DNA from: Bacteroidota bacterium
GTDB lineage: Bacteria; Bacteroidota; Bacteroidia; Bacteroidales; GCA-2748055
DNA length: 64,000 bases
Reading direction: 5' to 3'
Assembly: GCA_024640885.1 (NCBI GenBank)
Contig: JAHEEC010000006.1
Coordinates: 5,238-69,237 of the forward strand
The notes under the pieces: model-generated
Database searches by the model: none
Seen by the model: only the letters and a program-made list of their open reading frames with translations
What the model was told of the DNA's origin: nothing
Part shown: piece after piece, positions 53,985 through 63,656 of the stretch
How the letters are laid out: every line of letters begins with the position of its first letter
Numbering within the stretch: position 1 is the stretch's first letter
Made by a program: the position numbers and the translations under genes

Positions 53985-54587
53985 CTACGTAACATCCCTG
54001 ACCTGGCAACCCTCGATGGCGGATAACCTGTCGGTGACCTGACCGGCAATCCTGATCCAGACTTTCAGGGTCAGGGAACAATCCATATCAAAATGTTGAT
54101 CTTCGAATTCCAGCTGGAAATCCTTCACCACCTTCATGACTTCATTCATTTGCTCATATCCGAACGCCACCCCCAGGCTTTTATTCACCTTCACTTCTAT
54201 GATCTGTGAACGGTCAAGTGCGTCAGATGCAGCAGACCTGTAGGCATTGATCAATCCGCCAACTCCAAGGAGGATGCCTCCGAAGTATCGGATCACCACC
54301 ACCATTACATCGGTCAGTTCCCTGGAGTGGATCTGTGCCAGTATGGGCCTTCCGGCACTGCCCGAGGGCTCTCCGTCATCATTGACCCTGAATTGAGCCA
54401 GGTCCGCGCCCAGTCGCCATGCAAAGCAGTGATGACGGGCATCGTGAAATTGCTTCCTGAGATCCGTGAGTTCGGATTTTATGGCCTCTTCTGAGCTGAC
54501 GGGTATGGCAAAAGCCATAAACTTGCTCCCTTTCTCCTTGTAGAGGCCTTCAGCAGATGATCCTATGGTCCTGTACAGATCGTTCAT
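53985..54587 (-). CDS. YigZ/IMPACT family protein
   Basis: 200 aa. KGSKF.A.A.PV.S.EE, H.C.AWR.G and DDGEP.G.AG.P motifs. Confidence 0.85.
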   Translation of the reverse strand: MNDLYRTIGSSAEGLYKEKGSKFMAFAIPVSSEEAIKSELTDLRKQFHDARHHCFAWRLGADLAQFRVNDDGEPSGSAGRPILAQIHSRELTDVMVVVIRYFGGILLGVGGLINAYRSAASDALDRSQIIEVKVNKSLGVAFGYEQMNEVMKVVKDFQLEFEDQHFDMDCSLTLKVWIRIAGQVTDRLSAIEGCQVRDVT

Positions 54588-55465
54588 CAGAGGGTGAAAA
54601 GCAGGAGGGCAAGGATGGAAAGGGCGATACCCACCCAGTTTAAAGGTTTCAACCGGTCACGGAAGATCAGGAGACCCAGGAGCACGCTGAGTCCAACGAT
54701 CCCGATGTTGTTGATCCCGAAAATAATTGAGCTGTCCATCCCTTTTCCTTCAGGTGAACTAAAATTCAGGGCATGTACCAGGAAAAAAATGGAGCCGAAA
54801 TTCACGAACCCAAGGATCATACCCCATCCCCAGACCGGCAGGCGCAGGAAATTACCGTACAATTTTGGGAAGAAGGCCATCAGAATGACCCCGGACAGCA
54901 AGGCAATGAGAAAGAGCACGGCACTGAACAGCGCGGTTTCCGAGTCATTCACAAAATGATGCTGGGCATACTTCACCAGCGAGTCGACCACGCCCATTCC
55001 CACAAAGAGGATCAACGGAATGTAGATCACCGAAAGATCCAGATTCTTCTCACGGGTTCTGTATACCGTAAGTGCCACACCGCCCAGGGTGAGCACTATT
55101 GCAACGGCCTTGATCAGGGTAAGGCGATCGGAGGGATCAATACGCATTGAAAAGATGATGGGAAAGATCACCGACATTTTACTTGCCACAGTGGTCACCG
55201 AAATACCGGCTTTTCGGGTCGAGAATGCGATCAGAAAGAACATGATGATAAATAAGATCCCGATCAGAATACTCAAGGGTAACCATCCGGTTTCCATGAT
55301 CCGGCCTGCATTCACCTGGCCCGGGTTGATGAGAAATCCCAGGAGGGTGGCAATGAAGTAATTGATGACGATCACTGGGAAGGAGGGGATGCCTGACTTT
55401 TCAATGGATTTGAACACAACAAAGATACCTGTGGAGCAGATAATGCAGAGTACCAGGAAATACAT
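54587..55465 (-). CDS. DMT/EamA-like membrane transporter
   Basis: 292 aa with about 10 TM in two halves. Its stop shares one nt with the YigZ ATG (TGATG). Confidence 0.65.
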   Translation of the reverse strand: MYFLVLCIICSTGIFVVFKSIEKSGIPSFPVIVINYFIATLLGFLINPGQVNAGRIMETGWLPLSILIGILFIIMFFLIAFSTRKAGISVTTVASKMSVIFPIIFSMRIDPSDRLTLIKAVAIVLTLGGVALTVYRTREKNLDLSVIYIPLILFVGMGVVDSLVKYAQHHFVNDSETALFSAVLFLIALLSGVILMAFFPKLYGNFLRLPVWGWGMILGFVNFGSIFFLVHALNFSSPEGKGMDSSIIFGINNIGIVGLSVLLGLLIFRDRLKPLNWVGIALSILALLLFTL

Positions 55466-55480
55466 GCAGACCTATGGGTT

Positions 55481-55511
55481 AAAAAAAACAGGTCCACCTG
55501 GAACCTGTTTT
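55481..55511 (-). terminator. intrinsic terminator of dnaA
   Basis: Minus RNA: ACAGGU-N9-ACCUGU followed by U8, starting 9 nt after the dnaA stop. Confidence 0.6.
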
Positions 55512-55519
55512 AGCTGTTG

Positions 55520-56941
55520 TTACATTTTCAACTTTTTTTCTATTTCATCGACCTGGAGCCGAAATCGTTTATCTGTTTCGATCAGATTATTCACCGTTTT
55601 GCAGGCATGCAATACTGTGGCATGATCTTTTCCCCCGATCTGAGAGCCAATGGTGGCCAGGGATGATTTTGTGAGCGTCTTGGAAAAGAACATGGCAACC
55701 TGCCGGGCCTGGACAATCTCCCTTTTCCTGGTCTTGGATTGAAGCTGTTCCAGTCCGATGTTGTAGTAGTTACATACCACTTTCTGGATATAATCAATGG
55801 AAATCTCCCTTTTGGTACTCTTTATAAGCTTATCGATCATCTCTTTGGTCAGGTCCAGGGTGATCTCCTTCTTATTGAGAGTGGACTGGGCAAGCAACGA
55901 GATGAGGGCGCCTTCAAGCTCCCTGATGTTATCGGAAATATGTGTGGAGATATATTCAAGTACCTCTTCGGGAAGATCGATCCCGTCATTGTAGGTTTTC
56001 TTCTTGAGAATCGCCATCCTGGTTTCAAAATCAGGAGCCTGCAAATCGGCTGACAACCCCCATTTAAATCTGCTCAGCAACCTCGATTCCATGCCCTGAA
56101 GCTCCACAGGAGGTTTGTCGGAGGTAAGGATCAACTGCTTCCCGCTCTGGTGCAGATGATTGAATATATGAAAGAAGGTATCCTGGGTCTTTTCTTTCCC
56201 TGCAAATTCATGGACATCATCGATAATCAACACATCGATCATCTGGTAGAAATGGAGGAAATCATTTTTGTTGTTATTCCTGATGGCATCCACAAACTGG
56301 GTCTGGAATTTATTGGCGTTCACGTAGAGGACCGTCTTCTCAGGATAGAGCTCCTTCACTTCGATACCCACTGCCTGTGCGAGGTGGGTCTTGCCAAGGC
56401 CACTGTCACCATAGATCAGGAGCGGATTGAAAGCCGTACCTCCTGGATTTTTGGATACGGCGAAACCTGCCGATCTGGCCAGCCTGTTGCATTCACCTTC
56501 AATAAAATTGTCAAAGGAATTTTCCGGATTCAGCCTGGGATCGATGTCCAGTTTTTTCAAACCCGGTATTACAAAGGGATTCTTGATGGTATTTTCAGCT
56601 GCATCAATGGGTACTGTAACCGGGGTGTTTTTGATTTCCTTGCTGTTTTTTGCCGGAAATTTAACTGTGTAGGGTTTGCTGTTGCTGTACGAGTTATTCT
56701 GCATGACCACATTGTACTCAAGCTTGGCTTCAGGCCCGAGTTCCTTTTTGATCACCTTGCGTAAAATGTCGATATACTGCTCTTCCAGATACTCGTAGAA
56801 AAAAGGGCTGGGAACCTGAATGGTTAATACATCATTCTCAAGCTTCAGAGGAACAATTGGTTCAAACCATGTACGATAACTTATTGAAGGGACATTGTCT
56901 TTGATGACGTTCAGACAATTGTTCCAAATACGTTCATGCAT
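55520..56941 (-). CDS. dnaA: chromosomal replication initiator protein DnaA
   Basis: Walker A GDSGLGKTHL, DDVHEF, sensor region, and the C-terminal DNA-binding helix (IVQARQVAMFFSK...GGKDHATVLHACK). ATG 56941 is used because the 57004 start is TTG. Confidence 0.97.
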   Translation of the reverse strand: MHERIWNNCLNVIKDNVPSISYRTWFEPIVPLKLENDVLTIQVPSPFFYEYLEEQYIDILRKVIKKELGPEAKLEYNVVMQNNSYSNSKPYTVKFPAKNSKEIKNTPVTVPIDAAENTIKNPFVIPGLKKLDIDPRLNPENSFDNFIEGECNRLARSAGFAVSKNPGGTAFNPLLIYGDSGLGKTHLAQAVGIEVKELYPEKTVLYVNANKFQTQFVDAIRNNNKNDFLHFYQMIDVLIIDDVHEFAGKEKTQDTFFHIFNHLHQSGKQLILTSDKPPVELQGMESRLLSRFKWGLSADLQAPDFETRMAILKKKTYNDGIDLPEEVLEYISTHISDNIRELEGALISLLAQSTLNKKEITLDLTKEMIDKLIKSTKREISIDYIQKVVCNYYNIGLEQLQSKTRKREIVQARQVAMFFSKTLTKSSLATIGSQIGGKDHATVLHACKTVNNLIETDKRFRLQVDEIEKKLKM

Positions 56942-57297
56942 TGCAAACGTTGGTTTCAGGGTTAGGTATACTATTCTAAAAAGTTTGTTGGATTCCCTGA
57001 ACAAAGATTGTGAAAAAAAAGTAAAAAAAAAATCGAATACTGCTTGAAAATCTCAAAACAAGCATATTGGTTTTAAGGTCAATTGATTAACTGCGAAAAA
57101 AAGTTGAATTAATTTTACAGGCCTGATAATCAGATATATACATATATCCTCCTGTTGTTTTAGCTTAATAAATTGTGATTTAAACCTTTAGCTCACCCAA
57201 TTCAATTTTTGGTTTAATTGATTCGCAGGAAACCGTTTTTTTTTGGTCAACGAAAAGAAGCTTGTAGTCAAAATTCTTTCCGCGGGTGATACGGATC

Positions 57298-58236
57298 TTA
57301 CTTGTTTTTCTTCTGTGAATTGCCGAACAGTGAAAAGTGCACATAATCTTTTGGATTTTCATTCAGGTCCCTGATCAGTGCGTCTAGATCAGCCACCAGG
57401 TTATCCAGGTTTAGATAGAGGCTATCCGCATAGACAAGTTTGCCCAGATTTCCTTCTCCCGAGTTGATCTGACCCAGAAGCAGGTTAAACTGGTGGGCTG
57501 CTTCTGTCAGTTCAATGGTGAGCCTGTCCACTCCTGCGCTGTCCAGGGATTGACTGACCGAATTGAGATGGCCGGTAAGTGAGGCCAAATCATCCTCCTG
57601 TGCTTTCAGCATGGAAGTGAAGGACTCCAGGTTTCGGAAACTCTGATCCAGGGTCCCGCCCCTGGCAAGTGAGGTTTTAAGTGATCCGGAGATTGCGGAA
57701 AGGTGTTCTATGGTGAGCCTGGTGGCTTCTGACCCCACCAGCTGGTCCAGGCCGGTGGCCAGGGAATCCAGTGAGACCGCAAGCGCGCTTATTTGATGCG
57801 CCACCGGTGTCAACTCTCCTCTGAGCGATGAGAGCATGTCCGGTTCAATGAGGGACTCGATGGTTTCACCATCCCCGAGGTTTTGATTCCCTGTGGAGGG
57901 CTCCATCCTGATTGCCTTTGAACCAAGCAGATCGGCACTGAAAAGAACTGCTACGGAACCCATTTGAACGGGATAGCTTTTTTCAATGCTCATGGTTACT
58001 TTGATGGGGCGGGCATCACCGGGCCGCAGTTCAATTTCATCGATATAACCGATCTTGACCCCGTTCATCAACACGGGTGCTGAGGGCTCCAATCCTCCCG
58101 CATTATTGAAATAAGTTTCGAGGGTATATGTGCTGCTGAGGATATTCCTCCCTTTCAGGTAATTGATTCCCCAAATAAGCACAGCAAGTGTGACGATCCC
58201 GATGATTCCGATTTTTACTTCGCTGCTTAATTTCAT
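57298..58236 (-). CDS. MlaD/MCE family protein
   Basis: 312 aa. N-terminal TM, MCE core (APVLMNGVKIGYIDEIEL) and a helical C-terminus. Confidence 0.85.
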   Translation of the reverse strand: MKLSSEVKIGIIGIVTLAVLIWGINYLKGRNILSSTYTLETYFNNAGGLEPSAPVLMNGVKIGYIDEIELRPGDARPIKVTMSIEKSYPVQMGSVAVLFSADLLGSKAIRMEPSTGNQNLGDGETIESLIEPDMLSSLRGELTPVAHQISALAVSLDSLATGLDQLVGSEATRLTIEHLSAISGSLKTSLARGGTLDQSFRNLESFTSMLKAQEDDLASLTGHLNSVSQSLDSAGVDRLTIELTEAAHQFNLLLGQINSGEGNLGKLVYADSLYLNLDNLVADLDALIRDLNENPKDYVHFSLFGNSQKKNK

Positions 58237-58237
58237 A

Positions 58238-59386
58238 TTACCTGTTTATTTCGATGAGGGCCTCACTCATTGGAATTATTTTTCCGTCCCTGGAAGCCAC
58301 CACAAAAGCATCCGGAAAAAATTCCTTAATTGCCTTGCACTTTTCAAGCGCGCTGTAGTAATCCACCTCCTGGCCTGTCATGTATTTAAACCACCTCCCG
58401 TCCTCCATGACCCTCACATCCTGGAGACCTTTAAAGGAAGAGGGATCTGTGGCTATTTTGTTCTTGGTGGAGGCAATCTGTACGCTGAATACGACCTGCG
58501 CCGGATCTATTATGACCGGTAATTCGGGGACGGGTATCTTTTCCTCGGCGGGCTCTTCCCTGATGACCACGGATAAATTGCTCCTTCGGTCAATCTCCTC
58601 CTTGTATCCCCTGAATCCCCTGTAAATGGCCGAGGCAATGATATCCTGGCCATAATCCGAAAGAAGGTATTTCTCTTCCTCTTCGTTTGTAATAAAGCCG
58701 GTTTCCACCAGCACACCCGGCATAGCGGTCTGGGCAAGGACATAAATACCCTGCTCACGCACACCCAGGTCCTTTCTCTGGGCCCGCTCCCTGAACTGAT
58801 CCTGAACGAAAGCGCCGAATTCAATGCTTTGCTTAAAGTATGTCTTTTGCATCAGGGAGAACATGATGTATGATTCCGTGGACTTGGGATCAAATCCTTC
58901 GTAACGGGTTTCATAATCATCTTCAAGCAGGATCACGGAGTTCTCCCTGACAGCCACGTCAAAATTCTCATCTGCCCTGTGCTGCCCAAGCACAAGGGTA
59001 AGGGTGCCCCGGGCAGAGGTCCGGTCATGTGCATTTACATGGATGGAGAGAAACAGGTCGGCCTCTGCCTTGTTGGCGATTTCAGCCCGTTTCCATAGAT
59101 CGATGAATTCATCATCCTTCCTGGTATAGACCACCTTCACATCGGGCATGTTCTCTTCGATATAGTTTCCCAGTTTCAGGGCAATGGAAAGGGCGATCTC
59201 CTTTTCCCGGCCTTTTTTGCCCACTGCTCCAGGGTCATGCCCGCCATGACCTGCATCAATGACCACGGTGCGGATCCCTTCTGCCATATCTCCATCCAAG
59301 CTTCCCCTTGAAAAAAGGGGAAAACACAATACCAAAAATGTTAATACAAGAATCGAGGCAGATGACCGTTTTATATTAATTGGCAT
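58238..59386 (-). CDS. N-acetylmuramoyl-L-alanine amidase with C-terminal SPOR domain
   Basis: VVIDAGHGGHDPGA amidase_3 motif and a C-terminal SPOR-like VFSVQIAS...FKYMTG. ATG 59386 is used. The 59404 start is GTG and would swallow the lptD -7 box. Confidence 0.85.
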   Translation of the reverse strand: MPINIKRSSASILVLTFLVLCFPLFSRGSLDGDMAEGIRTVVIDAGHGGHDPGAVGKKGREKEIALSIALKLGNYIEENMPDVKVVYTRKDDEFIDLWKRAEIANKAEADLFLSIHVNAHDRTSARGTLTLVLGQHRADENFDVAVRENSVILLEDDYETRYEGFDPKSTESYIMFSLMQKTYFKQSIEFGAFVQDQFRERAQRKDLGVREQGIYVLAQTAMPGVLVETGFITNEEEEKYLLSDYGQDIIASAIYRGFRGYKEEIDRRSNLSVVIREEPAEEKIPVPELPVIIDPAQVVFSVQIASTKNKIATDPSSFKGLQDVRVMEDGRWFKYMTGQEVDYYSALEKCKAIKEFFPDAFVVASRDGKIIPMSEALIEINR

Positions 59387-59394
59387 TACCTTTG
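59387..59394 (+). promoter_or_regulatory. candidate -7 box TAccTTTG for lptD-like gene
   Basis: Exact TAnnTTTG, 16 nt upstream of ATG 59411. It abuts the amidase ATG (59384-59386). Confidence 0.45.
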
Positions 59395-59403
59395 TGTTTA
59401 GCA

Positions 59404-59411
59404 CAAAAATA
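59404..59411 (-). promoter_or_regulatory. candidate -7 box TAttTTTG for the amidase/MlaD operon
   Basis: Exact TAnnTTTG on the minus strand, 17 nt upstream of ATG 59386. Its first base is the A of the lptD ATG. Confidence 0.45.
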
Positions 59412-62137
59412 TGAGTTTATTCAGATTGCACGACAGAGGCATTAAGATACTTTTCATCATCTTACTAACTGTTTCAGCCAGTGGCATATCATATGCCCAG
59501 CAACCTGACACCCTCATTTCATCAGATACCCTGGGCCAGCTCCCAACCCGGTTTAGTACCGTGGATTCCATTCAAAATAGCCTCACGCCGGATTCCATCC
59601 AACCCGCCCAGCCAGTTGGAAGTGACATTGAGGCAGAGGTGGAATATACTGCCACCGATTCACTGGTATTCTCCATGGACGGGGGGACAGTGGAATTGTA
59701 TGGTGAGGCACATATTAATTACAAGGACATCGTGCTGGAAGCCGCCTACATCAGGTATGAGATGGATCAGAACCTGGTGGTGGCCCGGGGCATGCCCGAT
59801 TCGACGGGATTAATGACCGGGAGCCCGGTCTTCACCGATGCAAATAATTCCTTTGAATCCAAACTGTTAAGGTACAACTTCAAGACCCAGAAGGGCTATA
59901 TTGAGGAGGTGATCACCCAGCAGGAAGGGGGCTACCTCCATTCCAAGGAGACCAAGAAGCAGGCCAATGGCCATATTCATCTTAAGGACGGGAAATATAC
60001 CACATGTGATTTGGAACACCCCCATTTTTATATCGCGATTACAAAGGGAATCAGCATGCCAGGTGACAAGATCATATCGGGTCCCGCCTATATCGTCCTT
60101 GCTGATGTGCCGCTGCCCCTTGGGATCCCCTTTGGCTTTTTCCCGAACTCAAAAACCAAGACCTCAGGGATCCTGATCCCCAAATATGGGGAGGAACAGA
60201 GGAGGGGTTTTTACCTCCGGGAAGGGGGGTACTATTTTGCCATGAACGACTTCATGGATCTTCGCGTTACGGGGGATATCTATACAAATGGCACCTGGGG
60301 TGTACGGGTAGGTTCCAATTACAAGCTGAATTACAGGTTCACCGGCAACCTGAGTGTGAAGTATTTCAAAAATATCACGGGCTACAAGAACATCGAGGGA
60401 CTTTACAGCGTGAGCAAGGATTACTCCATCGGGTGGAGCCACAGCCAGGATTCAAGGGCAAATCCAACCAGCTCGTTCAGGGCCAGTGTGAATCTCTCCA
60501 GTTCCTCCTATGATAAGAACCATACCAGGAATATCAACAGCGTGATGACCAATACCAAACAATCCAGCATATCCCTGACCAAAGCCTGGCCAAACAGCCC
60601 TTTTAACATGAGTGCCTCTTTGAACCATTCCCAGAACAGCAACACGAACGCCGTGAATCTCACCCTTCCAAAGATTTCCCTGAATATGGCCAGGATCAAT
60701 CCTTTCAAGCGGAAATCGGGTACAGGACCCAAACGGTGGTATGAGGATATTCAGCTCAGTTATACCAGCATCCTGGAGAACCGGATCAGCACCTACGACA
60801 CCCTTCTCTTCACCAGCGAGGTCTGGAATGACATGAAGAACGGTTATAAGCACTCCATCCCTTTAAGCCTCAGCATAAAACCTTTCAGAAAGACCCCCAT
60901 GCTCCAGACTTTTGCCATTACCCCCTCCATGAATTACAACGGCATGGTGTACTCAAAGCAGATGTATAAGTTCATTTCAGGCTATGATGAGATTGACAGG
61001 GATGGCGTGATCACCTACAAACCCATTGTAACCGATTCGCTCATCAATAAATTCTCATATGCCCATTCGCTTTTTCCCAGCATAAGTTCGGGTGTGGCAC
61101 CGGTCATTTATGGGATGTATCAATTCAGGGGCGAGGGACGGCTTCAGGCCATCAGGCATGTGATGACTCCATCCGCCAGTGTTTCATATGTTCCTGATAT
61201 GCAGGCTATTCAGGCTGACTACTACAGGGCTGTCTACGACGAGGTGAATATGGACACGGTGAAAATCTATTCCATTTACGAGGGACAGATCTATGGGACT
61301 CCCACCGTCAACGGGGCTTCCGGTTCACTGAACCTCTCCCTGAGGAACAACCTGGAGGCCAAGATGAGGTCAAAAAACGACACCATCGAGGAACTGGAAA
61401 AGGTAAAACTGCTGGATAACCTGAGTCTCAACACAAGCCTGAACCTTTTTCACACGGATACCCTTACCCCCGCCTGGCGCCCCATCAGCTTCAACGGGAA
61501 CACCAGGATTTTTGATAACAAGCTCAACCTCTCCTTCAGGGGAGTGATGGATCCCTTCGGATATGACGAAACCCATTCCCGCACGCGTGAAACCTACTTT
61601 TCACAAACAGGGAAACCACTCAGATTGACAAATGCCAGCATCTCGGCAGGTTTTACATTGAAATCAAAGCAGAACAAGGGGGATTCCCAGGGGAGGGCCG
61701 GTGGAGATGAAGAATCCCAGTTAAACAATCCGGACCTGAGCATGCAGGATCCCATGGACACCTATGACCCCAATGTGGAGGATTATTACGGGGATTATGT
61801 GGATTTTGAGATTCCCTGGTCCCTTCGGGTCGATTACAGTTTCAGCTACTCCAAGCCGAAGGATGTGTCCAAAGTGGTACAGACTGTGCGTGCTTCGGGT
61901 GACTTCAGCCTGTCGCCAAACTGGAAGATAGGTTTTAATACCGGTTATGACCTTGACCGCAAGCAGTTTACTACCACCAATTTAAGCATATACAGGGATC
62001 TGCACTGCTGGGAGATGCGGTTGTCCGTGGTTCCTTTTGGGACTTACAAATCCTACAATTTCCAGATCAATGCGAAATCCTCCATTCTTTCCGATCTGAA
62101 GTACAACAAGAGAAAATCGTGGCAGGATAATTTCTAA
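59411..62137 (+). CDS. lptD: LPS-assembly protein LptD-like outer-membrane beta-barrel
   Basis: 908 aa. Signal peptide, OstA-like N-terminal region, then a long Y/F/N-rich beta-barrel ending in an aromatic C-terminus (WQDNF). This is the size and shape of Bacteroidota putative LptD. Confidence 0.7.
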   Translation: MSLFRLHDRGIKILFIILLTVSASGISYAQQPDTLISSDTLGQLPTRFSTVDSIQNSLTPDSIQPAQPVGSDIEAEVEYTATDSLVFSMDGGTVELYGEAHINYKDIVLEAAYIRYEMDQNLVVARGMPDSTGLMTGSPVFTDANNSFESKLLRYNFKTQKGYIEEVITQQEGGYLHSKETKKQANGHIHLKDGKYTTCDLEHPHFYIAITKGISMPGDKIISGPAYIVLADVPLPLGIPFGFFPNSKTKTSGILIPKYGEEQRRGFYLREGGYYFAMNDFMDLRVTGDIYTNGTWGVRVGSNYKLNYRFTGNLSVKYFKNITGYKNIEGLYSVSKDYSIGWSHSQDSRANPTSSFRASVNLSSSSYDKNHTRNINSVMTNTKQSSISLTKAWPNSPFNMSASLNHSQNSNTNAVNLTLPKISLNMARINPFKRKSGTGPKRWYEDIQLSYTSILENRISTYDTLLFTSEVWNDMKNGYKHSIPLSLSIKPFRKTPMLQTFAITPSMNYNGMVYSKQMYKFISGYDEIDRDGVITYKPIVTDSLINKFSYAHSLFPSISSGVAPVIYGMYQFRGEGRLQAIRHVMTPSASVSYVPDMQAIQADYYRAVYDEVNMDTVKIYSIYEGQIYGTPTVNGASGSLNLSLRNNLEAKMRSKNDTIEELEKVKLLDNLSLNTSLNLFHTDTLTPAWRPISFNGNTRIFDNKLNLSFRGVMDPFGYDETHSRTRETYFSQTGKPLRLTNASISAGFTLKSKQNKGDSQGRAGGDEESQLNNPDLSMQDPMDTYDPNVEDYYGDYVDFEIPWSLRVDYSFSYSKPKDVSKVVQTVRASGDFSLSPNWKIGFNTGYDLDRKQFTTTNLSIYRDLHCWEMRLSVVPFGTYKSYNFQINAKSSILSDLKYNKRKSWQDNF

Positions 62138-62146
62138 AACTATGAT

Positions 62147-62524
62147 ATGAAAAAAATCATCCAGACAGGAGAAGCGCCGGCTGCAGTGGGACCCTATTCA
62201 CAGGCCGTGGCAATAAATGGCACGCTTTACATATCCGGACAGATCCCCCTTGATCCGGGTACAGGAAAGATTGTGGGTGGGGGGATCGGGGAGCAAACCG
62301 AACAGGTAATGAATAACATCGGGAACATTCTTCGGAGCGCGGGATATGGATTCAGCGATGTGGTCAAATCCACCTGCCTGCTGGCAGATATGGCTGATTT
62401 CAGGGAAATGAACGAGGTGTATGCCCGGTATTATCCTGAAAATCAGCCCGCCAGGGCTGCGTATGCAGTGACAGCGCTGCCCCTTGGAGCCCTGGTGGAG
62501 ATCGAGACCATTGCAGCCAGATAG
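62147..62524 (+). CDS. ridA: RidA family protein (reactive intermediate deaminase)
   Basis: 125 aa. AP.A.GPYSQA...G.LY.SGQIP, R.A..V..LP.GA.VEI. Confidence 0.9.
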   Translation: MKKIIQTGEAPAAVGPYSQAVAINGTLYISGQIPLDPGTGKIVGGGIGEQTEQVMNNIGNILRSAGYGFSDVVKSTCLLADMADFREMNEVYARYYPENQPARAAYAVTALPLGALVEIETIAAR

Positions 62525-62651
62525 AGTGATCATGAGGGTGCGGGGATTTGTGGTTAAGAACGGCAATAAGTGGATAATCCATTTTGAATTTCAACAACGA
62601 ACTTAAATCACAACGAGGTGTTATCCCTTCCAGCTAATCTAATAATACATA

Positions 62652-63656
62652 ATGGATAATTTAGGGGAACGTTCAAAAGTAATTGTAACGGGGGCGGATG
62701 GTTTTTTAGGCAATAATATTGTCAGGGAGTTGCTTAAACAGGGCCATGAAGTATACGGATTTATCCAAAATGGAAGGAATGCAGATTCGCTGCAGGAACT
62801 GCCTGTGAAATTGTTTTACGGTGATTTGTGCAACACGAAAGATCTGGTGCCACTTTTTCGGGATTGTGACTACATCATTCATACTGCCGGAATTACTGCC
62901 GTATGGCCAAGCCGGTCAGAAATATCCTGGAGAGTGAACTTTACGGTTGTGAAGCACCTGGTCAGGCTTGCCAGGAAATACCATTTGAAAAGGTTCATAC
63001 ATATCGGAACAGCCACATCCTTCGGACCCGGATCCCTGTTAAATCCCGGGGATGAGTATAAACCCTATTCAGGTAGAAGGTTCGGCATGGACTACCTCGA
63101 TTCTAAATTTTCGGCACAGGAATTCCTTCTTCAGGAAGCTAAGGTCAGCAATTTCCCGGTCATCATTCTGAATCCGACCTTTATGCTTGGGTCCTTTGAT
63201 TCGGGGAATGGATCAAATAAAATGATCATTGAGATCTACCAAAAGAATCTCCCGGGATACAGCCGTGGAGGTAAAAACTACGTGCATGTAAAAGATGTGG
63301 CCACAGCGGCGGTGAATGCGATGCATATGGGTCGGATCGGAGAGTGTTACATCGTGGGAAACAGGAATATGTCCTACAAGGAGGCCTTCAGGATGATCGC
63401 CGAAACCATCGATGTCCCTGCTCCAAAGATTCCTATCCCTTCATTGGTTGCAATCACATACGGAGCCCTGAATGAATTTATATCGTGGCTCTCGAGGAAC
63501 AATCCCGTCATAACCATGAAAATGGCCCGAATCGCCGGTGTCGATTATTACTATACTCCCTTAAAAGCGATCCGGGAACTGGACCTTCCCCAGACCCCTG
63601 TTGAAATTGCGGTCAGAGAATCCTTCTGCTGGTTTAAAATGAGGGGCAACATATGA
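62652..63656 (+). CDS. NAD-dependent epimerase/dehydratase family protein (dihydroflavonol reductase-like)
   Basis: 334 aa. VTGADGFLGNNIV Rossmann motif and Y..SK catalytic pair (YLDSK). Confidence 0.85.
   Translation: MDNLGERSKVIVTGADGFLGNNIVRELLKQGHEVYGFIQNGRNADSLQELPVKLFYGDLCNTKDLVPLFRDCDYIIHTAGITAVWPSRSEISWRVNFTVVKHLVRLARKYHLKRFIHIGTATSFGPGSLLNPGDEYKPYSGRRFGMDYLDSKFSAQEFLLQEAKVSNFPVIILNPTFMLGSFDSGNGSNKMIIEIYQKNLPGYSRGGKNYVHVKDVATAAVNAMHMGRIGECYIVGNRNMSYKEAFRMIAETIDVPAPKIPIPSLVAITYGALNEFISWLSRNNPVITMKMARIAGVDYYYTPLKAIRELDLPQTPVEIAVRESFCWFKMRGNI

Noticed and set aside
62561-62665. Three DnaA-box-like words (AGTGGATAA, TTATCCCTT, AATGGATAA) in the ridA/epimerase spacer as a possible oriC
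   Set aside because: Only one reaches 8 of 9. There is no AT-rich unwinding element, and the spacing is irregular. This is weaker than needed, so it is kept only as a note.
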